A stretch of DNA of 64,000 nucleotides from the NCBI GenBank assembly GCA_947625665.1, contig CANQPF010000001.1, positions 2,959 to 66,958 of the forward strand, in the 5' to 3' direction. The position numbers and the translations under genes are program-made. This document shows, piece by piece, positions 1 to 9,337 of this stretch. The notes under the pieces are model-generated. The model made no database searches. It saw nothing but the letters and a program-made list of their open reading frames with translations, and was not told the origin of the DNA. The DNA is from an uncultured Clostridia bacterium (lineage in GTDB: Bacteria; Bacillota; Clostridia; TANB77; CAG-508). Numbering within the stretch: position 1 is the stretch's first letter; every line of letters starts with the position of its first letter.

Positions 1-581
1 GCTCCTATAACTGCTCCTTTTTTTACAATTGTGCCTTCTGTTATTTGAGAGCCTGCTCCTACAAATACATTATCTTCTATAATTACAGGATATGCTCCTA
101 CTGGTTCAAGTACTCCTCCGATTATGACATCTGCTCCTATATGAACGTTCTTTCCTACTTGAGCACAAGATCCTACTAATGCTAATGAATCAACCATTGA
201 CCCATTATCAATATATGCTCCTATATTTGCATATGATGGTGGCATGAAAGTTACCCCTTCTCCTAAATATACACCATCTCTTATAGATACTGTTGAAGAT
301 GCTTTTCTAACTTTATCTTTTAATTCAACATTTCTTTCTCCCATAGTATCCTTATCTATTGTTCCATCTTTAAATTCTACAATTTCGCCGAATTTGAATC
401 CTAACAAAATAACTTTTTTTACCCATTGATTTACTTGCCAATTTCCATTTTCATCTTTTTGAGCAACTCTTATCTTTCCTGTATTCAAATCGTTTTTAAA
501 TTCTTTCCAAACTGGTAAAAACTCTTCTCTTGTTAATTCTTCGTTATTAATCATCTCCATGTATTTATTCATATCAAACAT
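1..581 (-). CDS. dapD: 2,3,4,5-tetrahydropyridine-2,6-dicarboxylate N-succinyl/acetyltransferase, DapD family. Partial: the gene runs off the window 5' end.
   Basis: Minus-strand translation from the ATG at 581 reads MFDMNKYMEMINNEELTREEF..VAQKDENGNWQVNQWVKKVILLGF..MPPSYANIGAYIDNGSMVDSLALVGSCAQVGKNVHIGADVIIGGVLEP. This is colinear with the E. coli DapD hexapeptide-repeat core. A GAAAGGAAA RBS precedes the ATG. Confidence 0.75.
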   Translation of the reverse strand, partial: MFDMNKYMEMINNEELTREEFLPVWKEFKNDLNTGKIRVAQKDENGNWQVNQWVKKVILLGFKFGEIVEFKDGTIDKDTMGERNVELKDKVRKASSTVSIRDGVYLGEGVTFMPPSYANIGAYIDNGSMVDSLALVGSCAQVGKNVHIGADVIIGGVLEPVGAYPVIIEDNVFVGAGSQITEGTIVKKGAVIG

Positions 582-716
582 TTTCCTTTCTTACTGATAA
601 TCTTTTATTTTTTAATAATTCTATCATTATTTGTATTATAATTCAATGTTATACGAAACAAAAAGTTTGGAACTATTTACGTATTTTCACATATAGTTAT
701 ATAGGAGGATTAAAAT

Positions 717-1286
717 ATGGAAAATACTATAACGAGACCAGACACAAAAGAGTACTTAAAGAAATTCGATGAAATATTAAATAACATGTCAAATCAAATG
801 TTATCACAAACTATAACAAACAGTATAACATTAGATTTCATACGTTGTATGATACCTCATCATCAAGCTGCCATCTATATGTGTGAAAATCTTTTAAAAT
901 ATACCCATTACAAACCTCTTCAAGATATTGCTCATGGTATAATAAAAATGCAAACACGAGGTATAGAACAAATGCGTGAAATAGCTTCAACTACATCAGG
1001 TCGTTACAATACTAGAAGAGAAGTAAATTGGTATATAAGAAGATATTTACAAATAACTAATAATATGATTGAGAAGATGAAAAATGCACCTCGTTGCGAA
1101 AATATTAATTTAGACTTTGTTAATGAAATGATCCCTCATCATAAAGGAGCTGTTGAAATGTGTAATAATTTACTTCAATTTCGCATAGATCCAAGATTAA
1201 TTAAAGTCGCTCAAAATATTATTAAAGAACAAAGTGAAGGAATCAAGGAACTTGAAAAAGTAAGAGATTTTCTTTGCAAAAATTAA
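717..1286 (+). CDS. DUF305 family protein with two tandem DUF305 repeats
   Basis: The motif MIPHHQAAIYMCENLL and a second copy MIPHHKGAVEMCNNLL are present. A strong RBS AGGAGGATTAAAAT precedes the ATG at 717. Confidence 0.6.
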   Translation: MENTITRPDTKEYLKKFDEILNNMSNQMLSQTITNSITLDFIRCMIPHHQAAIYMCENLLKYTHYKPLQDIAHGIIKMQTRGIEQMREIASTTSGRYNTRREVNWYIRRYLQITNNMIEKMKNAPRCENINLDFVNEMIPHHKGAVEMCNNLLQFRIDPRLIKVAQNIIKEQSEGIKELEKVRDFLCKN

Positions 1287-1314
1287 GGACAGAAAAAACT
1301 TCTGTCCTTTTTAT
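1285..1314. terminator. Bidirectional rho-independent terminator between the DUF305 gene and ileS
   Basis: Hairpin AAGGACAGAA-AAAAC-TTCTGTCCTT is flanked by T-runs on both strands. Confidence 0.6.
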
Positions 1315-1324
1315 ATCCACTATA

Positions 1325-4300
1325 TTAAACTTTCTCAACATCTATGTTTAACTTTTCACCATTGATATTTGTTTCTGTATATGAATTTCTATCTTTGTTA
1401 TAAATTACTTCTTCTGCTAATGTATCTGTTTTTAATGAATCCTCAAATTTCTTTATTACTTTTTCTAGTTTTTCATTTCCAGAAACATATAATGTAATAT
1501 GATCAAGCACTTCAAATCCTTTGTCTTTTCTCATATTTTGAACTTTTGAAAGTACTTCTCTTACATATCCTTCTTCTCTTAATTCATCTGTTATATGTGT
1601 ATCTAAAACTACACCTATTTCACCTTCTCCTGCAAATGCAAATCCTTCTTTTCCTTGCATTGTAACAAGTAAATTATCTGCATTTAACTCTATTTGATTT
1701 CCATCTATTTCGATATAGTCAACTCCACCATTTTTAACAGTATTTGCTAAATCTACTTGATTTTTATTAGCTAATTCTTGTTTTATTCTTGGTATATATC
1801 TTCCATATTCTTTTCCTATTACTGGTAAATTAGGTTTTATTTCAAAATTAACATATTCAGACATTTCTGCACCTAATTCTATTTGTTTTACATTTAATTC
1901 TTCTTTTATAATGTTTGCATAGTAGTCAGGTAAAGTATCAACTGAAATTAACATTTCTGAAAGTGGTTGTCTGTTCTTGATATTTGCAGAATTTCTTGCA
2001 CTTCTTCCAAGTTTTACAATACTATATGCTAAGTCCATTTCATTTTCTAGTTTTTTATCTATTGCACTTTCGTCTACTTCTGGCCATAAGCATAAGTGGA
2101 CACTTTCAGGTGCGTTTTTATCTATACTTCCAACTAAATTATCATATATTTCATCTACCATAAATGGTACAAATGGTGCAGCAACCTTTATTAATGTTGT
2201 AAGCACTTTATATAAAGTCACATAAGCTCCTATCTTTTCGTCTGTTAAATCTTTTCCCCAATATCTTTCTCTGTTTCTACGAACATACCAATTTGAAAGT
2301 TCATCTGTAAAGCTTTCTATTTTTTGAGCAGCACTTATTATATCATATTGTTCTAGTTTGCTATCAACTTCTTTTACTAATGTATTTAACTTTGACATAA
2401 TCCATTTATCCATTATGTTTGTTAGTTTGAAATCTTTATATTTTAATGGATTGAATTGGTCAATTTCTGCATAAAGTACATAGAATGAATATACATTCCA
2501 AAGTGTACTTAAGAATCCTCTTTGTGTTTCTTGTACATTTTCAAGTCCTAATCTTGTTGGTAACCAAGGTGCACTACATGTATAGAAATGCCAACGTGTT
2601 GCATCTGCTCCAACTGTGTCTAATAACAACATTGGATCTACACCATTTTTCTTTGATTTAGACATTTTTTGACCTTTTTGATCTAAAACATGACCTAAAA
2701 CTATACAGTGTTCAAATGGCGTTCTTCCAAATAAAGCTGTTCCTATTGCTGTTAATGTATAGAACCATCCTCTTGTTTGATCAATAGCTTCTGAGATGAA
2801 GTTTGCTGGGAATTGAGATTTAAATAAATCTTGATTTTCAAAAGGATAATGCCATTGTGCAAAAGGCATTGAACCAGAATCAAACCAACAATCAATAACT
2901 TCTTTAGCTCTTGTCATTTTCTTTCCACATTTAGGACATTTCAAATGAACGTTATCTATATATGGCTTGTGTAATTCTATATCTTCTGGAACATTTATTC
3001 CCTTTTCTTTTAGTTCTTCTATACTTCCTATACATTCTTGATGTCCACATTCTTCGTCCTCACATGTCCAAATTGGAAGCGGAGTTCCCCAATATCTATC
3101 TCTTGAAATTCCCCAATCTATTACATTCTCTAAGAACTTTCCAAATCTTCCTGTTCTTATTGTGTCTGGATACCAACTAACTTTATTATTGTTTGCAACT
3201 AATTCATCTCTTAAAGATGTCATTCTTACAAACCAACTTTCTTTTGGATAATATAGAAGTGGTGTATCGCATCTCCAACAATGTGGATATGAGTGTAAGT
3301 GTTTTTCCTTTGAAAATAGTTTATTTTCTTCGGCTAACCATTTACAAATATCTTCATTACAATCTCTTACAAATCTTCCAGCCCATGGTTTTACTTCGTC
3401 TACGAATTTTCCAGCTTTATCTACTAGATTTATAAATGTTATACCATTTTGTTTAGAAACAAAGCTATCATCTTCACCATAAGCAGGTGCTATATGAACT
3501 ATTCCAGTACCATCTTCTAAGTTAACATAGTCACCATGGATTACTTCAAATGCTTTTCCTTCAACTTCTCCAAATGGCATTAATCTTTCATATTTAGTTC
3601 CTAATAATTCCGTTCCTTTATATATTTTTAAAACTTCATATTCTTTTCCATCTAATACTTTTTCAACTAAATCTTTTGCTAATACATAAGTTTCATATTT
3701 TGGTTCTTCTTCAGTTCCAATATTTACTTTTACTTCTGAATAATCATAAGTTTTGTTAACACATAAAGCTAAGTTTGAAGGTAATGTCCATGGAGTTGTT
3801 GTCCATGCTAAAATATATTTATCTTCATCAACAACTTTAAATTTAGCAACACAAGTTAAATCTTTTACATCTTTATATCCTTGTGCTACTTCATGTGAAG
3901 AAAGTGCCGTTCCACATCTTGGACAATATGGCATAACTTTATGACCTTCATATAGTAAATCTTTTTTCCACATTTCTTTTAAAGCCCACCATACTGATTC
4001 AATATATTCGTTGTGGTAAGTTACGTATGGATTATCCATATCAACCCAGAATCCAACCTTGTTTGTCATTTCTTCCCACTTATCAACATATGTAAACACA
4101 CTATCTCTACATTGTTTAACGAATTTTTCAACTCCATATTCTTCAATTTGTTGTTTTCCTGAAATTCCAAGTTTTTTCTCTATTTCAAGTTCTACCGGAA
4201 GTCCTTGTGTATCCCATCCGGCTTTTCTTATAACTTTATACCCTTTCATAACTTTATATCTAGGTATAATGTCTTTCATAACTCTTGTTTCGATGTGACC

Positions 4301-4468
4301 AATATGTGGCATTCCATTTGCTGTTGGAGGTCCATCATAAAATGTAAAATATTCCTTTCCTTCATTCATAGCAAAGTTCTTTTTTATTATGTCTTTTTCT
4401 TTCCATTTCTTTGCTACTTCTCTTTCCATTCCTGCAAATCCATCTTTAAGCTCTACTTTTTTGTACAT
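1325..4468 (-). CDS. ileS: Isoleucine--tRNA ligase, class I
   Basis: About 1047 aa. HIGH motif [16 protein letters not shown] motif, and zinc-finger Cys pairs near the C-terminus. A GGAGGA RBS sits 6 nt upstream of the MYKK start at 4468; the track start at 4474 is 2 codons earlier. Confidence 0.95.
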   Translation of the reverse strand: MYKKVELKDGFAGMEREVAKKWKEKDIIKKNFAMNEGKEYFTFYDGPPTANGMPHIGHIETRVMKDIIPRYKVMKGYKVIRKAGWDTQGLPVELEIEKKLGISGKQQIEEYGVEKFVKQCRDSVFTYVDKWEEMTNKVGFWVDMDNPYVTYHNEYIESVWWALKEMWKKDLLYEGHKVMPYCPRCGTALSSHEVAQGYKDVKDLTCVAKFKVVDEDKYILAWTTTPWTLPSNLALCVNKTYDYSEVKVNIGTEEEPKYETYVLAKDLVEKVLDGKEYEVLKIYKGTELLGTKYERLMPFGEVEGKAFEVIHGDYVNLEDGTGIVHIAPAYGEDDSFVSKQNGITFINLVDKAGKFVDEVKPWAGRFVRDCNEDICKWLAEENKLFSKEKHLHSYPHCWRCDTPLLYYPKESWFVRMTSLRDELVANNNKVSWYPDTIRTGRFGKFLENVIDWGISRDRYWGTPLPIWTCEDEECGHQECIGSIEELKEKGINVPEDIELHKPYIDNVHLKCPKCGKKMTRAKEVIDCWFDSGSMPFAQWHYPFENQDLFKSQFPANFISEAIDQTRGWFYTLTAIGTALFGRTPFEHCIVLGHVLDQKGQKMSKSKKNGVDPMLLLDTVGADATRWHFYTCSAPWLPTRLGLENVQETQRGFLSTLWNVYSFYVLYAEIDQFNPLKYKDFKLTNIMDKWIMSKLNTLVKEVDSKLEQYDIISAAQKIESFTDELSNWYVRRNRERYWGKDLTDEKIGAYVTLYKVLTTLIKVAAPFVPFMVDEIYDNLVGSIDKNAPESVHLCLWPEVDESAIDKKLENEMDLAYSIVKLGRSARNSANIKNRQPLSEMLISVDTLPDYYANIIKEELNVKQIELGAEMSEYVNFEIKPNLPVIGKEYGRYIPRIKQELANKNQVDLANTVKNGGVDYIEIDGNQIELNADNLLVTMQGKEGFAFAGEGEIGVVLDTHITDELREEGYVREVLSKVQNMRKDKGFEVLDHITLYVSGNEKLEKVIKKFEDSLKTDTLAEEVIYNKDRNSYTETNINGEKLNIDVEKV

Positions 4469-4474
4469 ATTCAT

Positions 4475-4790
4475 TCCTCCTTTTTTTATTGTATAGGACA
4501 GATTTTCTTAACATACAAAAAGACTATTCCATCCTATTACTAGGACGAAATAGCCATAAATATCTATATTTATTGCTTTCCGCGGTACCACCTAATTTAG
4601 TAAACATTTTCTATTTTTATTTACTCTCTCAATTTATCTTTAACGCAGATTTACGTCTAGCTTACTATTTTCAGACTAGAAACAATAAAGTGATAATATA
4701 TAATTTTTCCTTACCAAACTCACACCTGACATTGGCTCTCTTTAAGTAATTACATTATATATCGTGTCTTTATTTTTGTTTGTTTATATA
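4475..4790 (-). ncRNA. T-box riboswitch leader of ileS
   Basis: The minus strand carries AAAUUAGGUGGUACCGCGG; the plus-strand reverse complement lies at 4581-4598. This matches the T-box consensus AAUUAGGGUGGNACCGCG. Downstream is a long hairpin (GGCUAUUUCGUCC...GGAUGGAAUAGUC) plus a U-run, an intrinsic terminator at about 4510-4555 just before the ileS RBS. Confidence 0.8.
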
Positions 4791-4852
4791 TTTTTTCAAA
4801 CAATATTATATCACGTTTTTCGTATTTTGCAAGTTTTTTATAAAATTTTAGT

Positions 4853-5554
4853 TTATTTACAAAATCTATGTCTCCCTATTGTTACAGTCATTGGTCTCGA
4901 CCAAATCCACTTGTTAGTTGCAGTTGCTGGATTAAAATAATAAATTGCACCATAGCTAGGGTCCCAACCATTTATTGCATCTTGCGCAGCTTTTTTTGCA
5001 GTTGCATCAGGTGTTAGATTAATTTGTCCATCTGATACTGCATCAAATGCACCTGCTTGATAAATTACTCCAGATAAAGTATTAGGAAACGAACTACTTT
5101 TAACTCTATTCAAACATACCGCTCCAACAGCTACTTGTCCAGAATATGGCTCTCCCCTAGATTCTGCATAAATAAGGTGGCTTAATAAATTTACATTTGA
5201 AGAATTATTACTACTTCCTGAATTACTAGAACTATATATTCCCATTGCTTTTAATGTATTTGTTCCGGCAATTCCATCGACTGTTAATCCATTTTTTCTT
5301 TGAAAATATTTTACTGCTTCTACTGTTTTGCTTCCATAAATTCCATCTACATTTCCACTATAATATCCCCATCTTTTTAATTTAGTTTGTATATTTCTTA
5401 CCTCATCGCCTCTAGATCCATATTTTGATAAAGTCTCAATAGCAATATCACTATTTTTATTTTCTTCTATTTTATTTACTGTAATTATTGAAAAAATGCA
5501 AATTACAATTATTAATATCAATGAAATTACAACAATCCTAAACTTTTTTTGCAT
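4853..5554 (-). CDS. sleB: Spore cortex-lytic enzyme SleB, with peptidoglycan-binding and SleB hydrolase domains
   Basis: N-terminal TM or signal segment, a PG_binding_1-like segment (GSRGDEVRNIQTKLKRWGYYSGNVDGIYGSKTVEAVKYFQ), and a C-terminal SleB domain (LLSHLIYAESRGEPYSGQVAVGAVCLNRV...). Confidence 0.85.
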   Translation of the reverse strand: MQKKFRIVVISLILIIVICIFSIITVNKIEENKNSDIAIETLSKYGSRGDEVRNIQTKLKRWGYYSGNVDGIYGSKTVEAVKYFQRKNGLTVDGIAGTNTLKAMGIYSSSNSGSSNNSSNVNLLSHLIYAESRGEPYSGQVAVGAVCLNRVKSSSFPNTLSGVIYQAGAFDAVSDGQINLTPDATAKKAAQDAINGWDPSYGAIYYFNPATATNKWIWSRPMTVTIGRHRFCK

Positions 5555-5590
5555 AAAAAATCACCTATACATAAAATTCTATATAACGAT

Positions 5591-5618
5591 ATTTTATCCA
5601 TAGATGGTTTTTTTATAC
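5591..5618 (-). promoter_or_regulatory. Candidate forespore sigma (sigmaF/sigmaG-type) promoter of sleB
   Basis: The minus strand reads GTATA-14nt-GGATAAAATA, resembling the sigmaF/G consensus GyATA-14/15-GGnnAnAHTR. It lies about 35 nt upstream of the sleB ATG. sleB is sigmaG-dependent in Bacillus. Confidence 0.4.
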
Positions 5619-5667
5619 ATTTTAAATATTTATTAAATTATTTCATATTTTTATTAAAATTTTAGCA

Positions 5668-6687
5668 TTAACTATACTCGCACAAAATTGTTTTTAGTCC
5701 TACTTCTATATCAATTTTTCCTATTTTATATTGGTAATCTAAATTTCTTAATTTTTGAAGTATATCATTCAGTTCTTCTTCTTTAAAATATTGAGATTGT
5801 TTAGAATATTTATTTACTAAAAACATTTGGTTAGGCCTTAATTTTAAAGTTTCCGCTATATTTCTATTAGTGTTTTGCGCTAATTTTGTAAAGTATAACT
5901 TTTTAAAATGATTGTACAATGTAATCAATATCTTTTGTATTGGTTCTTTAGCATAAAGTAAATTATTTAAAATTGTAATACTATCTGCACTCTTTTTTCC
6001 TATACTATCTGTTAAATCAAATATTATGCTTTCCATTTTTTTCGTGCATAGAAGGTCAACTTCTGCTTTTGATATTTTTCCACCTTTTCCTGTATATTCA
6101 ATTAACTTCCTAATTTCATTTACAAGTTCTTGCATATTAGTTCCACAACATTCTATAAAATACATTGTAGCACTATCATCTATTGTAACTCCATAACTTT
6201 TGCAAATAGCTTTAATTCTTTTACTTATTTGAATTGGTTTTTGAAATTCAAATTTACATACCTCACCTAATTTATCTATAGTTTTTAATAAAGCAATTCT
6301 GCTGTCTGCCTCTTCTTCTATAAATATTAGTATAGTTCCTTCTTTAAGTACATCCATATTTTCTTTTAAATATTGGTTCACTTCTTCTCTTATTTTAGAA
6401 ATACCTGAATTTTTCTTTTTTCCTTCTGGTTTAAATAATCCCGTATTTCTTGCAATTATAAGCTTTCTCTCATAACCAAAAGCAGGTGTTTCAATATTAG
6501 AAATTAAACTGTCTATATTAGTTTCGTCTAACATCACATAATTAATTCCTTTGATACATTCTCCAAACATTTTCTTTATTTTCTTTAAACAGTTTTCTAA
6601 CAAGAATGTTTCTTCACCATATAATAAATATAGATTATTTAATTTGTTTTCTTTTAATTCCTTTTCTATCTCTTCAACTTTTTTCAT
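5668..6687 (-). CDS. holA: DNA polymerase III delta subunit
   Basis: 339 aa. The N-terminal region (LYLLYGEETFLLENCL) and length are typical of HolA. Confidence 0.8.
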   Translation of the reverse strand: MKKVEEIEKELKENKLNNLYLLYGEETFLLENCLKKIKKMFGECIKGINYVMLDETNIDSLISNIETPAFGYERKLIIARNTGLFKPEGKKKNSGISKIREEVNQYLKENMDVLKEGTILIFIEEEADSRIALLKTIDKLGEVCKFEFQKPIQISKRIKAICKSYGVTIDDSATMYFIECCGTNMQELVNEIRKLIEYTGKGGKISKAEVDLLCTKKMESIIFDLTDSIGKKSADSITILNNLLYAKEPIQKILITLYNHFKKLYFTKLAQNTNRNIAETLKLRPNQMFLVNKYSKQSQYFKEEELNDILQKLRNLDYQYKIGKIDIEVGLKTILCEYS

Positions 6688-6767
6688 TTTATATTCCTTC
6701 TAGTGTTAATATATATCATATTAACTAATATTTTTCAATAATTTAGACTAGTTATAAAACTAGCCTT

Positions 6768-7253
6768 TTAAAGTTTTTGTGCAAATTTTGATGAATGTGC
6801 ATGACAAATTGCCATTGCCATACTATCTGTTATATCATCTAATTTAGGTAATTTATCAACATTCAAAATCATCTTAACCATACGTTGAACTTGCATTTTG
6901 TCAGCTCTACCATATCCAGCTACTGCTTGTTTAATTTGCAAAGGAGTATATTCATAAGTTGGTATATCATTCATTCTACCAACTACTAAAATTACACCTC
7001 TTGCATGTGCAACGTGTATAGCAGTTTTTGCATTATTATTGAAAAATAATTCTTCCACTGACATTGCATCTGGTTTATAAGTTTTTATTATTTCATCCAA
7101 ATCTCTATATATTTTTTCTAATCGTAACGGAAAAGAAACTCCGGCATCTGTTAAAACAGCTCCCGAAGTTATTAAATTAAATTTATTTCCTATGTAATCT
7201 ATTACACTATACCCTACTATTGCGTATCCTGGGTCAATTCCTAAAATTCTCAT
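6768..7253 (-). CDS. ruvC: Crossover junction endodeoxyribonuclease RuvC
   Basis: MRILGIDPGYAIVGYSVID...; 161 aa; acidic catalytic residues are conserved. Confidence 0.9.
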   Translation of the reverse strand: MRILGIDPGYAIVGYSVIDYIGNKFNLITSGAVLTDAGVSFPLRLEKIYRDLDEIIKTYKPDAMSVEELFFNNNAKTAIHVAHARGVILVVGRMNDIPTYEYTPLQIKQAVAGYGRADKMQVQRMVKMILNVDKLPKLDDITDSMAMAICHAHSSKFAQKL

Positions 7254-7270
7254 TTTTTGCTCCTACTTTA

Positions 7271-9310
7271 TTATTTTCCTAAAATAATTCTAAATACTTC
7301 TGATACACTCCAAGCTTGGGCAATTGCACCTTTTGGAAGTTGAGGTCTTTTTGAATCATATATTTCTGCAATACTTCCGATACATCCGTTTTCTACCATT
7401 TCTTTTTTAAATGTTCTTTGCACCTTTGCTCTAAATTTTTCAATTTTTTCATCTATTTCTTTTTTAGCCTTTTTAGTCTTTAATGACTTTCTCATGTTTT
7501 TTAAAGTATCATAATATAATCCTAATAACCATGTCCATGTAATACCTTGATGGTAGCTTGTATCTCTTTGATATTCCCCACCCTCATATATATCAACATA
7601 ACCTTCTTCTTTATTAGCTAAAGTTTTTAATCCATAGTTGTTAAGAAGTTTTTTCTCTACTGTGTTTAAAACATTATCAGCAATTTCTGAAGGCATTTCT
7701 AAAACTGGATATGTCAAAGACATAGCAAATAATTGATTAGGTCTAATCTTGTCATCGCCAATCACATCATATAATGTCCTTTTTCTTTTAACATAGAATT
7801 GTTCATTAAATGATGTTCTGCATTTTTTAGCCAACTTTTTATAAGATTTTTCCATCTCTTTATCTCCAAATTTTTTTGATAAAGATTCCATTATTTTCAA
7901 AGCATTATACCATAAAGCATTAATCTCTACTGCTTTACCGTTTCTAGGAGTAACTGCATAATCTCCAACCTTAACATCCATCCATGTGTTTTGCGTATCT
8001 AGTCTTCCTGATACAATTAATCCATCACTATTTAAATATATATTATTATTGTCTACATCTATTCCTTCAGCATAATTCTTTATAATGTCCTTCATTTTTT
8101 TGAATAATTCATTTTTTACAAAATCTTCATCTTTTGTATATTCAATATATTTTTGTACTTGTTCTATTAATAATAATGAAGCATCTGCACTATTATACAA
8201 AGGTCTATTATCAAATCCTGAGTATCCATTAGGAACAAGTCCACACTTTATATCTCTTGTCATGGTCTTTAAGACTTCTCTTGCTTCTTTATATCTTCTT
8301 GTCACTAACATAAGGCCCTCAAAAGCAATCATACTATCTCTACCCCAATCCAAAAACCATGGGTAACCAGCAATAATTGTGTGTAAACCGAAAGAAGGTC
8401 TATAAACTACAAAATTGTCTGCTGCTACTAAATAATTCTTTATTTCTTCATCTCTCTCTTTTTCTGCTTTTGTCTTTTTAAGTCTTCTATTATCTATTAA
8501 TAATGAGTCATTAAATATCATATTTAATCTTATAATTTCTTTATCTATTAATTTTTTTACATTTATTTTTTCTATATTTTGCTCTAAAGAAAATACAAAA
8601 GACAATTCTTTTCTAGTTTTTTTAGCTATTCTTATTTCATATACCCCAGGTACTGCATGATTTTCCTCTGGATCAAACCCTCTTTTTTCTTCTTCTGGAT
8701 AAAACATATTTCTAAATATATTATTTTCATGTTGAATATATTTTCCATCTGACATATTCATATACATAGGAGTAACTGCATTACCATCTACTATTAAATT
8801 AACTTTGGTTCCTTTTACTGATTGTATAATATTAAAGTTTTGACTTTTATTAACAGTATGAAAATCTCTAAAGTTAATTATTGGAGCTAATGACAACTTT
8901 ATTGGTTTGTCTTCCTTATTTTCAATCCTATAATATATACCTACTGTATTTTTACCATATTCCATGCAAATAATCTTATTTATAACAACTTTTCCAACCT
9001 TATATTTAAATACAGGCACAAATGTCTTTTCAAAAGATACTTGATTCTTATATCCTCCAGAAATATAGTTTTTACATACATTTGTATATAACTCATGTGT
9101 TTCTTTTCCTATAGTAATACTTTCATCTACTTTTGAAAGCATCAAAAACCTTCTTGCTGGTGGTGAAAGAGGTGCTATCAACAAGCCATGGTATTTTCTT
9201 GTATTTGCTCCTAATATTGTTGAAGATGAAAATCCACCTATTCCATTTGTTATAATCCATTCTTTAGTTAATCCTTTTTCTAAACTTAATCGTTCTTTTG
9301 TAAATTTCAT
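7271..9310 (-). CDS. Amylo-alpha-1,6-glucosidase / glycogen debranching enzyme family protein (GDE_N plus GDE_C)
   Basis: 679 aa. N-terminal GIGGFSSSTILGANTRKYHGLLIAP and C-terminal (alpha/alpha)6-barrel motifs (GYPWFLDWGRDS, TPRNGKAVEINALW) are typical of archaeal-type debranching enzymes. Confidence 0.75.
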   Translation of the reverse strand: MKFTKERLSLEKGLTKEWIITNGIGGFSSSTILGANTRKYHGLLIAPLSPPARRFLMLSKVDESITIGKETHELYTNVCKNYISGGYKNQVSFEKTFVPVFKYKVGKVVINKIICMEYGKNTVGIYYRIENKEDKPIKLSLAPIINFRDFHTVNKSQNFNIIQSVKGTKVNLIVDGNAVTPMYMNMSDGKYIQHENNIFRNMFYPEEEKRGFDPEENHAVPGVYEIRIAKKTRKELSFVFSLEQNIEKINVKKLIDKEIIRLNMIFNDSLLIDNRRLKKTKAEKERDEEIKNYLVAADNFVVYRPSFGLHTIIAGYPWFLDWGRDSMIAFEGLMLVTRRYKEAREVLKTMTRDIKCGLVPNGYSGFDNRPLYNSADASLLLIEQVQKYIEYTKDEDFVKNELFKKMKDIIKNYAEGIDVDNNNIYLNSDGLIVSGRLDTQNTWMDVKVGDYAVTPRNGKAVEINALWYNALKIMESLSKKFGDKEMEKSYKKLAKKCRTSFNEQFYVKRKRTLYDVIGDDKIRPNQLFAMSLTYPVLEMPSEIADNVLNTVEKKLLNNYGLKTLANKEEGYVDIYEGGEYQRDTSYHQGITWTWLLGLYYDTLKNMRKSLKTKKAKKEIDEKIEKFRAKVQRTFKKEMVENGCIGSIAEIYDSKRPQLPKGAIAQAWSVSEVFRIILGK

Positions 9311-9337
9311 TATCTCACCTTTCTTTAGTTTTTATAA

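Noticed and set aside
244-429. 61-aa plus-strand ORF inside the dapD region
   Set aside because: It is antisense to a well-supported DapD coding region, has no RBS, and is low-complexity. It is a spurious frame.
1977-4749. Multiple 60-120-aa plus-strand ORFs (1977-2225, 2962-3180, 3193-3435, 3753-3944, 4059-4298, 4205-4543, 4489-4749)
   Set aside because: All are antisense to ileS or lie within its T-box leader. They are hydrophobic or low-complexity AT-rich read-throughs with no RBS.
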